IMG/VR virus record: IMGVR_UViG_3300045988_119870
Length of the DNA stretch: 40,865 nt
Reading direction: 5' to 3' (one strand)
Origin: a virus
Below the pieces are notes generated by a model, which did not search any database, was not told the DNA's origin, and saw only the letters and a program-made list of their open reading frames with translations. Below, one piece after another: positions 34,083 to 40,810 of this stretch (its first letter is position 1; each line of letters opens with the position of its first letter). A program made the translations under genes and the position numbers.

Positions 34083-34529
34083 GTGAATAGCTCTGTTATT
34101 GTTTCTGTAATCACTGTAATTGGGTCGTTTACCCTTGTTTATCTAAACTCGATAAAAGACTCATCCGACAGAAAATACAACGTCAGAAAAGAACAGCTTT
34201 TAAAATTTTATGTCCCGTTTTATCAGAGATATCGCATGGGATTCTTCCCTCAAAATCAGTTGAGCACTATGTCTATTGAAGTACGTTCCACATTTTTGGA
34301 TATAATGACTCAAAACATCCATCTCATGGAACCACTATCTCAGGCAATGTATTCTGATTTCTATTTAGCATTCCTAAACTTGGCGGAAGCTGAAAATGGC
34401 AATCCAGAATATCCATATGAAGAATGTGCTCAAAAAATGGACGAGATTTTTGAGGACCTGTCAAAAACAATCTTCATCGAGTACAGACAAATATTAAAGA
34501 AATGCCATCTGCCAGTGCCTTTAAAATAA
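34083..34529 (+). CDS. AT-rich accessory gene: N-terminally anchored protein of unknown function
   Basis: 148 aa. The GTG start has SD AAAGGAG 6 nt upstream. A possible promoter is TTGACT-17-TATTCT. One N-terminal TM segment is present (SVIVSVITVIGSFTLVYL). The gene is on the opposite strand to the surrounding early operon. Confidence 0.65.
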   Translation: MNSSVIVSVITVIGSFTLVYLNSIKDSSDRKYNVRKEQLLKFYVPFYQRYRMGFFPQNQLSTMSIEVRSTFLDIMTQNIHLMEPLSQAMYSDFYLAFLNLAEAENGNPEYPYEECAQKMDEIFEDLSKTIFIEYRQILKKCHLPVPLK

Positions 34530-34626
34530 GGCCTGTACGTTTCTTTTCTCTTGAATAGCACAATGCGGAAAGTGCATTCATTCCAAGTACAGTAATTACT
34601 ACTGCTATGTCGAACATCAGCATCAC

Positions 34627-34818
34627 CTAAAGCTTGCATCTCCAAAATCCAAACGGATAAGTCGTGCTGTTTCTCCGGAAGAGATCTGCATATTTTTTTT
34701 CCAGCTCTCTTCTGGAGAAATCAAACTGCATATCAATCCCAGTTCTCAGCTTTACCCACTGCGGATACGTGATCCCGTCCAGAGCTTCGATGTACTCACT
34801 CAATTTTTTTTGGCTCAT
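34627..34818 (-). CDS. Hypothetical protein (63 aa)
   Basis: ATGA overlap with the antirepressor stop, indicating translational coupling. Confidence 0.55.
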   Translation of the reverse strand: MSQKKLSEYIEALDGITYPQWVKLRTGIDMQFDFSRRELEKKYADLFRRNSTTYPFGFWRCKL

Positions 34819-35552
34819 ACTGCCTCCTTATTCTTCAAATACTTATTCAGGAAATACTGCTGGCCTTTTCCGGTTACCTTTGTGGTTTTAGTCATCCGCA
34901 CGCTGCCGTCCGGATTGGAAATCACGGTTTCTTTGATCTGGAACAGGCCGTCTGCTACATATCGCTGCGTCGGCATGTTCCGACTGGATCCAGTCTTCAT
35001 AAGGTAACCTTCGTTTCGGAGCTGTTCAAACAGTCTTTTCTGTCCGGTATCTACGCCATTCTGACGCAGGAGCTTCGCAAGGTCGCCGATCAGGATGGAG
35101 CTGGTGCTTGCGCTCACCGCGTCCGCGAAGATTTCCTTCGGCTTCATGCGCTCGTTCTCATCAATCAGTTTCTTGTTATCTTCTTTCAGAGTGTCGATGG
35201 TTCTGTCTGCGAGCTTCAGCGCCCTTGCCATCACCTGCTCCGGAGTGTTCCAGGCTTTCTCCAGATCGATGAAGTACTGACGCATGATTTTTCCTTTTTC
35301 GGTTTTTGTCATCATGGAAATGTGTTTCGCCATATCCGTTGACAATAAAAAATCATCCAGAACTCTTTTTGCACCATTGTTTACAACCGTAGGTTTGCCT
35401 ACGCTTTGATAATCCGTGCCTTTTTCAAAAACATCCACATACCTTGAAAACCACAAGCTGAATCTCTCTCTAATTTCCAGTGCTTCATGTAAATCTCTTG
35501 CTGATACGGTCGGCTGTTCTGCCTCGTAGTTAATTTTTAACAACTCGTTCAT
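34815..35552 (-). CDS. Phage antirepressor (AntA/ORF6N-type N-terminus plus KilAC C-terminal domain)
   Basis: 245 aa. The N-terminus reads PTVSARDLHEALEIRERFSLWFSRYV. The C-terminus reads ILIGDLAKLLRQNGVDTGQKRLFEQLRNEGYLMK...QRYVADGLF. Confidence 0.88.
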   Translation of the reverse strand: MNELLKINYEAEQPTVSARDLHEALEIRERFSLWFSRYVDVFEKGTDYQSVGKPTVVNNGAKRVLDDFLLSTDMAKHISMMTKTEKGKIMRQYFIDLEKAWNTPEQVMARALKLADRTIDTLKEDNKKLIDENERMKPKEIFADAVSASTSSILIGDLAKLLRQNGVDTGQKRLFEQLRNEGYLMKTGSSRNMPTQRYVADGLFQIKETVISNPDGSVRMTKTTKVTGKGQQYFLNKYLKNKEAV

Positions 35553-35628
35553 CTAATTCCTTCTTTCTATCTTTATTTTTGATTTTGTGTTATACTTCTT
35601 TCAAAATATTTTGAAAAGGAGAATTGCC

Positions 35629-36363
35629 ATGAATAGTGATGTAACCATTATCCAATCTCGCTTTCACTACACCGAAAAAGCATATGTGCCAAACACTTCG
35701 AACATCGTAGTTATCATTGACGAGCTGATCAAATTGATGGAACCGTATTTTCACAAACAAGCCCCTACATTCCGACTTATAAATGATATTCGCTTTGAAC
35801 ACCCAGAAACCGCTTCTACTTACGATAAAATTCATATCTGCTGTATGGACACTTCTTGGTCTCAAATAGCCTATCAATTTTCCCATGAATTCTGTCACCT
35901 TTTAATTGGAAATCCAGTTCCACAAAAGATGCGATGGTTTGAAGAAAGCATTTGCGAACTTTCCTCTTTGTTTTTCATGGAACAGCTGGCCATTGTTTGG
36001 GCGAAAAGTGGAATCCTCGGTCATCCCGAATACGCGGGATCTTTTATCTCCTACTGCGATAATCGCATGAATTCCGTATCTAACCTTCAAAATCTTTTGG
36101 ATGTCTCCGATCCATCTTCTAATATTTGGGTTCATGCTGTTTCCGAATGCTATGACAGAAATTTCAATTTGCAAATTGCCAAATTACTTCTACCAATTTT
36201 TCGCAAATACCCTGCATTATGGGAAACTGTTCCCCTTTTAAGCAGGTTACCAGAAGATGAACGCTCACTTACTCGGTATTTAAGTTATTGGAGCATCCTT
36301 TCTGGAGAATCATTCCGGCAGCCTTTTGTAGAACTCGCTGAAACTCTTCATTGTTCCATATAA
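35629..36363 (+). CDS. AT-rich accessory gene: putative HEXXH zinc metallopeptidase (possibly ImmA/IrrE-like)
   Basis: I trimmed the ORF to the ATG at 35629, which has SD AAAGGAG. QIAYQFSHEFCHLLIG contains HEXXH in a context resembling COG2856-type proteases, with downstream Glu residues (RWFEESICE). The gene lies antisense within the early operon. Confidence 0.65.
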   Translation: MNSDVTIIQSRFHYTEKAYVPNTSNIVVIIDELIKLMEPYFHKQAPTFRLINDIRFEHPETASTYDKIHICCMDTSWSQIAYQFSHEFCHLLIGNPVPQKMRWFEESICELSSLFFMEQLAIVWAKSGILGHPEYAGSFISYCDNRMNSVSNLQNLLDVSDPSSNIWVHAVSECYDRNFNLQIAKLLLPIFRKYPALWETVPLLSRLPEDERSLTRYLSYWSILSGESFRQPFVELAETLHCSI

Positions 36364-36605
36364 GACCAATTTACCCACTGATTCTCACGCCATAACCAAA
36401 ACTCAGCCGCGCCACCGTTGTAATAGATATAAACTTTATATCCTGTTACCTCTGGTGGCTCTGGTTTCCCGCCAAGCAAGATCTCTTCTCTTTTCGCCAT
36501 GAACTGATGCATAGCAAAAGAAATTGTTTTTTCAAGCTGTGCATAGTCAACGCCCATAGCTCCCGGTGCTCCCTTAGGGCATCCGTAATTCTTGAACGTG
36601 TTCAT
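36348..36605 (-). CDS. Hypothetical early protein (85 aa)
   Basis: I trimmed the ORF to the ATG at 36605, which has SD AAGAAGGTGAG. Its 3' end overlaps the convergent plus-strand gene by 16 nt. Confidence 0.5.
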   Translation of the reverse strand: MNTFKNYGCPKGAPGAMGVDYAQLEKTISFAMHQFMAKREEILLGGKPEPPEVTGYKVYIYYNGGAAEFWLWRENQWVNWSYMEQ

Positions 36606-36753
36606 GTAACTCACCTTCTTTCTTTTTTCTGTCATCCTGTTTCTGGCTTACCATGGCTTCTCCCATACCCAAGAGATAACCCTTGTCAAAATCAGACATT
36701 TTGGGGATTGCCGTTGCGATTGTTTCCAGAATCTGTTTTTCTCTTTCTGACAT
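36574..36753 (-). CDS. First early-operon ORF (59 aa, below the ORF-track cutoff)
   Basis: AAAGGAAGTGAAACGAG-ATG, translating to MSEREKQILETIATAIPKMSDFDKGYLLGMGEAMVSQKQDDRKKKEGELHEHVQELRMP. It starts about 36 nt downstream of the consensus promoter. Confidence 0.5.
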   Translation of the reverse strand: MSEREKQILETIATAIPKMSDFDKGYLLGMGEAMVSQKQDDRKKKEGELHEHVQELRMP

Positions 36754-36788
36754 CTCGTTTCACTTCCTTTCTTTGTTGGTATATTGCG

Positions 36789-36817
36789 ATTATATGCTGG
36801 TTAATCTCATTTGTCAA
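36789..36817 (-). promoter_or_regulatory. Consensus sigma-A promoter for the early (lytic) operon
   Basis: Minus strand reads TTGACA, a 17-nt spacer, then TATAAT (-35 at 36812-36817, -10 at 36789-36794). The -35 box sits in an inverted repeat, ttgtcaa-N8-ttgaca (36811-36831). Confidence 0.7.
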
Positions 36818-36830
36818 TAGTATTTTTGAC

Positions 36831-36863
36831 ATTTACCAACTTTTTGCAATTTACCAACTTTTT
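36831..36863. promoter_or_regulatory. Two 15-bp direct repeats (candidate operators) between the divergent promoters
   Basis: atttaccaacttttt occurs at 36831-36845 and again at 36849-36863, with 18-bp spacing. Confidence 0.55.
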
Positions 36864-36866
36864 ATA

Positions 36867-36895
36867 TTGATTTTCTTTTATTCATGCGTTATAAT
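36867..36895 (+). promoter_or_regulatory. Promoter for the repressor gene
   Basis: TTGATT, a 17-nt spacer, then TATAAT (-35 at 36867-36872, -10 at 36890-36895). SD AGAGGTGA and the ATG at 36925 follow. Confidence 0.6.
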
Positions 36896-36924
36896 CAAAA
36901 TCAAGAAAAGAGGTGAACACATAA

Positions 36925-37305
36925 ATGTATAAACGTCTCAAAAAATTAAGAAACGAATTGGAAATGACTCAGCAAGAATTTGCTGATGTATTAGGAACCG
37001 CGCGAGGAAATATCAGTGCTTATGAAGTAGGAAAAAATGCACCCAGTGATGCTGTTATCTCTCTTATATGTAAGACAGACTTCCCAAAAGGAAGAGTCAA
37101 TGAGACCTGGCTACGCACTGGTGAAGGGGAAATGTTTATCGAAGCGTCCCGTGACGAACAGATCGCCGCTTTTGTCGGCGGCATTCTAAAAGACGAAGAA
37201 GATACCTTTCAGAAAAAGTTTATATCCATGCTGGCTGCATTGGATGAATCAGACTGGGAAGTTCTACAGAAGATGGTTGAATTATTGCAAGAAAAAAAGG
37301 GCTGA
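36925..37305 (+). CDS. CI-like Xre-family repressor without a peptidase S24 domain
   Basis: 126 aa. The N-terminal HTH reads LKKLRNELEMTQQEFADVLGTARGNISAYEVGKNAPS. The short helical C-terminus has no Ser/Lys autocleavage module. The gene is divergent from the early operon. Confidence 0.85.
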   Translation: MYKRLKKLRNELEMTQQEFADVLGTARGNISAYEVGKNAPSDAVISLICKTDFPKGRVNETWLRTGEGEMFIEASRDEQIAAFVGGILKDEEDTFQKKFISMLAALDESDWEVLQKMVELLQEKKG

Positions 37306-37317
37306 TTACTTCAGCCC
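37292..37317 (-). terminator. Rho-independent terminator for the 34-codon ORF transcript
   Basis: Minus strand reads GGGCUGA-AGUAA-UCAGCCC followed by U7. It overlaps the last codons of the convergent repressor gene. Confidence 0.6.
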
Positions 37318-37410
37318 CAAGATCGCTTTAACATACGTATAGATCAGGAATAATCTCCTATCATCGGCATGATCGAGCATTTCAATTATAAGTTTCTTGT
37401 AATCATCCAT
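37306..37410 (-). CDS. 34-codon ORF under a LexA-box promoter (candidate small antirepressor or SOS-induced peptide)
   Basis: GGAGGG, 8 nt, then ATG, translating to MDDYKKLIIEMLDHADDRRLFLIYTYVKAILGLK. It is flanked by its own promoter and terminator and is far below the ORF-track cutoff. Confidence 0.5.
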   Translation of the reverse strand: MDDYKKLIIEMLDHADDRRLFLIYTYVKAILGLK

Positions 37411-37435
37411 AATATGTACCCTCCGATCTGGTTTT

Positions 37436-37464
37436 ATTATATACGAACATTCGTTCGATTTCAA
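37436..37464 (-). promoter_or_regulatory. Sigma-A promoter with an embedded LexA (Cheo/SOS) box
   Basis: Minus strand reads TTGAAA-TCGAACGAATGTTCGTA-TATAAT with a 17-nt spacer. The spacer contains CGAAC-N4-GTTCG (37444-37457), which matches the Firmicutes LexA consensus arms perfectly. Confidence 0.65.
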
Positions 37465-37569
37465 TATCTTTTCTCGAACACTTTGTTCTCTATATTAATA
37501 TTACGGATCAAAAGGGCGAAAATTAGTAAATTTTGGAAATCGTCCGAAATCTCGGACACTTTTTAAAAA

Positions 37570-37764
37570 TCACTTATAAGGGCTGTCATATAAATCGTGC
37601 ATCCGCACTTGCAAGCCCTTGGCGATCTGCTCCAATGTATCCAATCGCGGTATGCTTCCCTTGCACAGATCATTGAGCGTGGACTTCGGGATTCCGGTCA
37701 GAATTGACACCTGCCGGAGTGAGAGGTTTTTCTTATAGATGATTTCTGCAATTAATATCTTCAT
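37570..37764 (-). CDS. Xre/Cro-type HTH regulator (64 aa)
   Basis: LSLRQVSILTGIPKSTLNDLCKGSIPRLDTLEQIAKGL is a canonical HTH_3 motif. The gene is divergent from the 37891 gene. Confidence 0.85.
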   Translation of the reverse strand: MKILIAEIIYKKNLSLRQVSILTGIPKSTLNDLCKGSIPRLDTLEQIAKGLQVRMHDLYDSPYK

Positions 37765-37890
37765 GCAGACAGTATCTGTATGTTGAAAAAAATTATTCCG
37801 AAAACAGCCAAAACTATATAATTCGATTTGTTCTATCTTTGCAGCTGATGTAATTCGAGAATTATCAATACAAAGAATCGAGGTAAACGT

Positions 37891-38457
37891 ATGGGGCTTT
37901 TCTCAAAACTTTTTTCAAAACAAATTTCATTTGAACCTAATTTTACATTGACCGAATACGAAAATTGGCTTGAATATCTTCATTTAGGCGGGAATGATAA
38001 CGAATGGGCTAGGTTAAAGAGAGAACACAATTGGCATTTTAAATATGATCCAATAGATACGCATTTAAATTATGAAAAAGAAATGCGGCCTATATTTAAG
38101 AAATATTATTCTATATCGGAAAACATTGAACATCTATGGTCTGAATTATATAATTCTAAGAATTATCATGGTTTACTTGCGAAGGAAATTGAAAAAAACT
38201 GTTATAAAGCACTTGCCTTTTACGACCAGCTCTGCAAGGTAGACCTAAAATATGGTGAGGTTCCCTTAAAGACAAACCTTTTCAAAAGACTGGCTCTATT
38301 ATATGAACGCCAAGATGAGTACGAAAAATCTATTGAAACGTGTAAAAAAGCCTTCACTTATGGCATCGACGAAAGAAAACGTATGATGCGCATGATAAAA
38401 AAGGCTGGGCGGACGCCTACCGCCGAGGAATTAAAACTCCTCAACACGATTATATAA
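37891..38457 (+). CDS. AT-rich accessory gene: hypothetical protein with a TPR-like C-terminal helix pair
   Basis: 188 aa with SD GAGGT. FKRLALLYERQDEYEKSIETCKKAF looks like a single TPR. GC content appears visibly lower than in the structural genes. Confidence 0.65.
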   Translation: MGLFSKLFSKQISFEPNFTLTEYENWLEYLHLGGNDNEWARLKREHNWHFKYDPIDTHLNYEKEMRPIFKKYYSISENIEHLWSELYNSKNYHGLLAKEIEKNCYKALAFYDQLCKVDLKYGEVPLKTNLFKRLALLYERQDEYEKSIETCKKAFTYGIDERKRMMRMIKKAGRTPTAEELKLLNTII

Positions 38458-38557
38458 TTTGTAATACTCAAAATGACATGTAATTTTTCAGTATTCCTCA
38501 CGTATATAAATGGGATATTATATCCTACACATTAAATACATTTCAAAAAGGAGAACA

Positions 38558-39184
38558 CATATGAAAAAGAAAATTGTAACCCTTATGCTGGCCACGGTGC
38601 TTACTGCTTCTGCGCTGACCGCGTGCGGATCATCAAGTGATTCATCTGCTTCTTTCTCTGCCAGCGCCTCTTCTGCATCCGTTGAATTCTCAGACTCTTC
38701 TACCGAAACCACAAGCAGTTCTGTTATTGCTGACGTTTCGGCTATTTCGGATTCTACCGCTACAGAAAATATCTCTGAAGAATCTGTTTCAGCAAGTAGT
38801 GAATCTTCCGAAAATTCCGTTGCATTCACGCCGATCGGCGATAGTCTTGCAATCGATTTCGACTTAAACGGTCCATTAGAGTTCCCTGACGACGCAACTG
38901 GAAAGTGGCGCAAAGTTACTTTTGCCAAGGGCGAAGTAGAGTTTCAATATTACACTTTATGCTATTACGATACATATTTCGAGTCTGACGACGAAGTTCA
39001 TGTCTTATACAATTTCTCGAATAAAACCGTAAACTGCATAAATTGCTTTGGCAGTTTCCTTGACCTTCGTGTGCTTGACTATGTAGATAAAGAAGAGCAT
39101 AGCGCAAAGGCTGCTTGCGGCGGTACTTTGCTTGCGGAGTATCACATTGACATTGCCACAGGTGTTGTAGAACAGATTCAGTAA
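38558..39184 (+). CDS. Prophage lipoprotein (candidate superinfection-exclusion factor)
   Basis: I trimmed the ORF to the ATG at 38558, which has SD AAAGGAGAA. The signal peptide plus lipobox reads MKKKIVTLMLATVLTASALTAC. A Ser-rich linker and a ~110-aa C-terminal domain follow. Confidence 0.8.
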   Translation, partial: HMKKKIVTLMLATVLTASALTACGSSSDSSASFSASASSASVEFSDSSTETTSSSVIADVSAISDSTATENISEESVSASSESSENSVAFTPIGDSLAIDFDLNGPLEFPDDATGKWRKVTFAKGEVEFQYYTLCYYDTYFESDDEVHVLYNFSNKTVNCINCFGSFLDLRVLDYVDKEEHSAKAACGGTLLAEYHIDIATGVVEQIQ

Positions 39185-39232
39185 ACTAAAAAACCGCCCC
39201 GGTGCGCCAACACCAGGACGGCTCAGTAACAT

Positions 39233-39280
39233 TCCGAAGAATGATACCAGTTCGACAAAACATATTGTATCATCTTCGGA
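39233..39280. repeat. Imperfect inverted repeat upstream of the integrase gene (candidate attP or int operator)
   Basis: The arms are tccgaagaatgatac and gtatcatcttcgga, 14-15 bp long with one extra base in the left arm, around a 19-bp spacer. Confidence 0.5.
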
Positions 39281-39356
39281 TACGTCAGACAAGCAGAACG
39301 TTTGTTTTGGCGTTTTTTCTTATATTCAAAATTGAAAACTTAAAGAAGGTGATATT

Positions 39357-40787
39357 ATGTCAGCACTTAAAAATGGTGCTCTCTACATCCGCGTCAGCAC
39401 CGCGGATCAGACCGAACTCTCTCCGGATGCGCAGCAGCGTCTGCTCCTGGACTACGCGAAGAAGAACGGGATTGTCATCGCAAAAGAGTTTATCTTTGAG
39501 GAGTCTGTTTCGGGCCGGCATGCCGACCGGCGGCCAAAATTTCAGGAGATGATCGCTCTCGCAAAGCAGGATTCTCACCCGATCGACGTGATTCTGGTCT
39601 GGAAATACAGCCGTTTCGCGCGCAACCAGGAGGAATCCATTGTCTACAAGTCGCTCCTCAAAAAGAATAATATTGATGTAATCAGCATCTCCGAGCCGCT
39701 GATTGACGGCCCGTTCGGTACGTTGATCGAGCGTATTATCGAATGGATGGACGAATACTACTCGATCCGTCTATCCGGTGAAGTCCTGCGCGGTATGAAG
39801 GAAAAAGCCCTGCAGCATGGCTACCAGGCAACGCCATGTCTTGGATACCAGGCGGCAGGCGGCGGCAAACCGTTTGTGATCGATGAAGCGGAATACCAGA
39901 TTGTCAAATACATCATGGATCAGTATGACTTCGAGCATCTTGACCCGACAGCAATTGCCCGCAGATGCAATGACCTCGGATACCGCACCAGACGCGGAAA
40001 TCTCATGGAGCGCCGCTCGATCGAACGTGTACTGCGTAATCCTTTCTACGCTGGTGCCGTGGTCTGGAACGGGATCTCTTTCGACGGCACACACGAGACG
40101 CGGCTGGATCCGGCACGCTATCAGGAGCGTATCAAGCGCATGGATGCCCGCAGACGCTCTCCTAAGAGCCGCAACCCATCAACCTGCCGCCACTGGCTCT
40201 CCGGTCTCTTAAAGTGTCCAATTTGCGGCGCTACGATGACGGTAACAGCCGGAAACACATCTTGTCCGTACTTTCAATGCTGGAAATACGCAAAAGGTTT
40301 CCATAAAGGCTCCAATTCAATCACCGTTGCCAAGGCAGAGCGAACCGTCTACCGCTACTTCGATGATATCCTCGCCGGTGCGGATTTCTCCTTCACTGTC
40401 CGCGACCGGAAGCAGGAACAGGAAGACGATGAGACCATCCAGCGGCTGCAGCAGGCCCTGGAGCATCTGGCTGTCCGCGAAGCCCGCGTGAAGATGGCTT
40501 ATGAAAATGGGATTGATACGCTGGAGGAATACGGTGCCAACAAAAAAAGGCTCGCCGAAGAACGACAGAGCCTGCAGAAAGAACTGGACCGCGTGCTTAC
40601 GCCCGCCGCCCCGCCGGAAACAATCTCAAAAGAAGATTTCCGGAAAGAGATAAAAAACATCAATGATATTCTGAAAAATCCTGAGGAACCAGCCGAGAAA
40701 AAAGGACTTCTGCTCCGCTCCATCGTGGATCGTATCGTCTATGAAAAAGCTTCCGGGACCATGTATTTCGACTTTTTCGTTTCCTGA
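39357..40787 (+). CDS. Large serine recombinase (integrase)
   Basis: 476 aa. The resolvase-type catalytic N-terminus reads ALYIRVSTADQ...VILVWKYSRFARN. A recombinase domain, a zinc ribbon (CPICGATM...CPYFQC) and a C-terminal coiled coil follow. Confidence 0.95.
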   Translation: MSALKNGALYIRVSTADQTELSPDAQQRLLLDYAKKNGIVIAKEFIFEESVSGRHADRRPKFQEMIALAKQDSHPIDVILVWKYSRFARNQEESIVYKSLLKKNNIDVISISEPLIDGPFGTLIERIIEWMDEYYSIRLSGEVLRGMKEKALQHGYQATPCLGYQAAGGGKPFVIDEAEYQIVKYIMDQYDFEHLDPTAIARRCNDLGYRTRRGNLMERRSIERVLRNPFYAGAVVWNGISFDGTHETRLDPARYQERIKRMDARRRSPKSRNPSTCRHWLSGLLKCPICGATMTVTAGNTSCPYFQCWKYAKGFHKGSNSITVAKAERTVYRYFDDILAGADFSFTVRDRKQEQEDDETIQRLQQALEHLAVREARVKMAYENGIDTLEEYGANKKRLAEERQSLQKELDRVLTPAAPPETISKEDFRKEIKNINDILKNPEEPAEKKGLLLRSIVDRIVYEKASGTMYFDFFVS

Positions 40788-40810
40788 TTTTTGTTCCGAA
40801 AGTCCGTAAA

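Noticed and set aside
37475-37488. A second LexA-like site, cgaacactttgttc, upstream of the -35 box.
   Set aside because: The half-sites GAAC and GTTC are separated by 5 nt rather than the 4 nt of the Cheo box. It may be a degenerate or auxiliary site, but it cannot be called from sequence alone.
37541-37557. gtccga-aatc-tcggac hairpin after the 64-aa Xre gene as a terminator.
   Set aside because: The stem is short at 6 bp. The better T-run is on the plus strand, where no gene ends. On the minus strand only GAUUUCC follows, so the call is ambiguous.
39190-39225. Hairpin after the lipoprotein gene as a terminator (ccgccccggtg...caccaggacgg).
   Set aside because: The stem has two mismatches in 11 bp and no T-run follows, so it does not meet the pattern of an intrinsic terminator.
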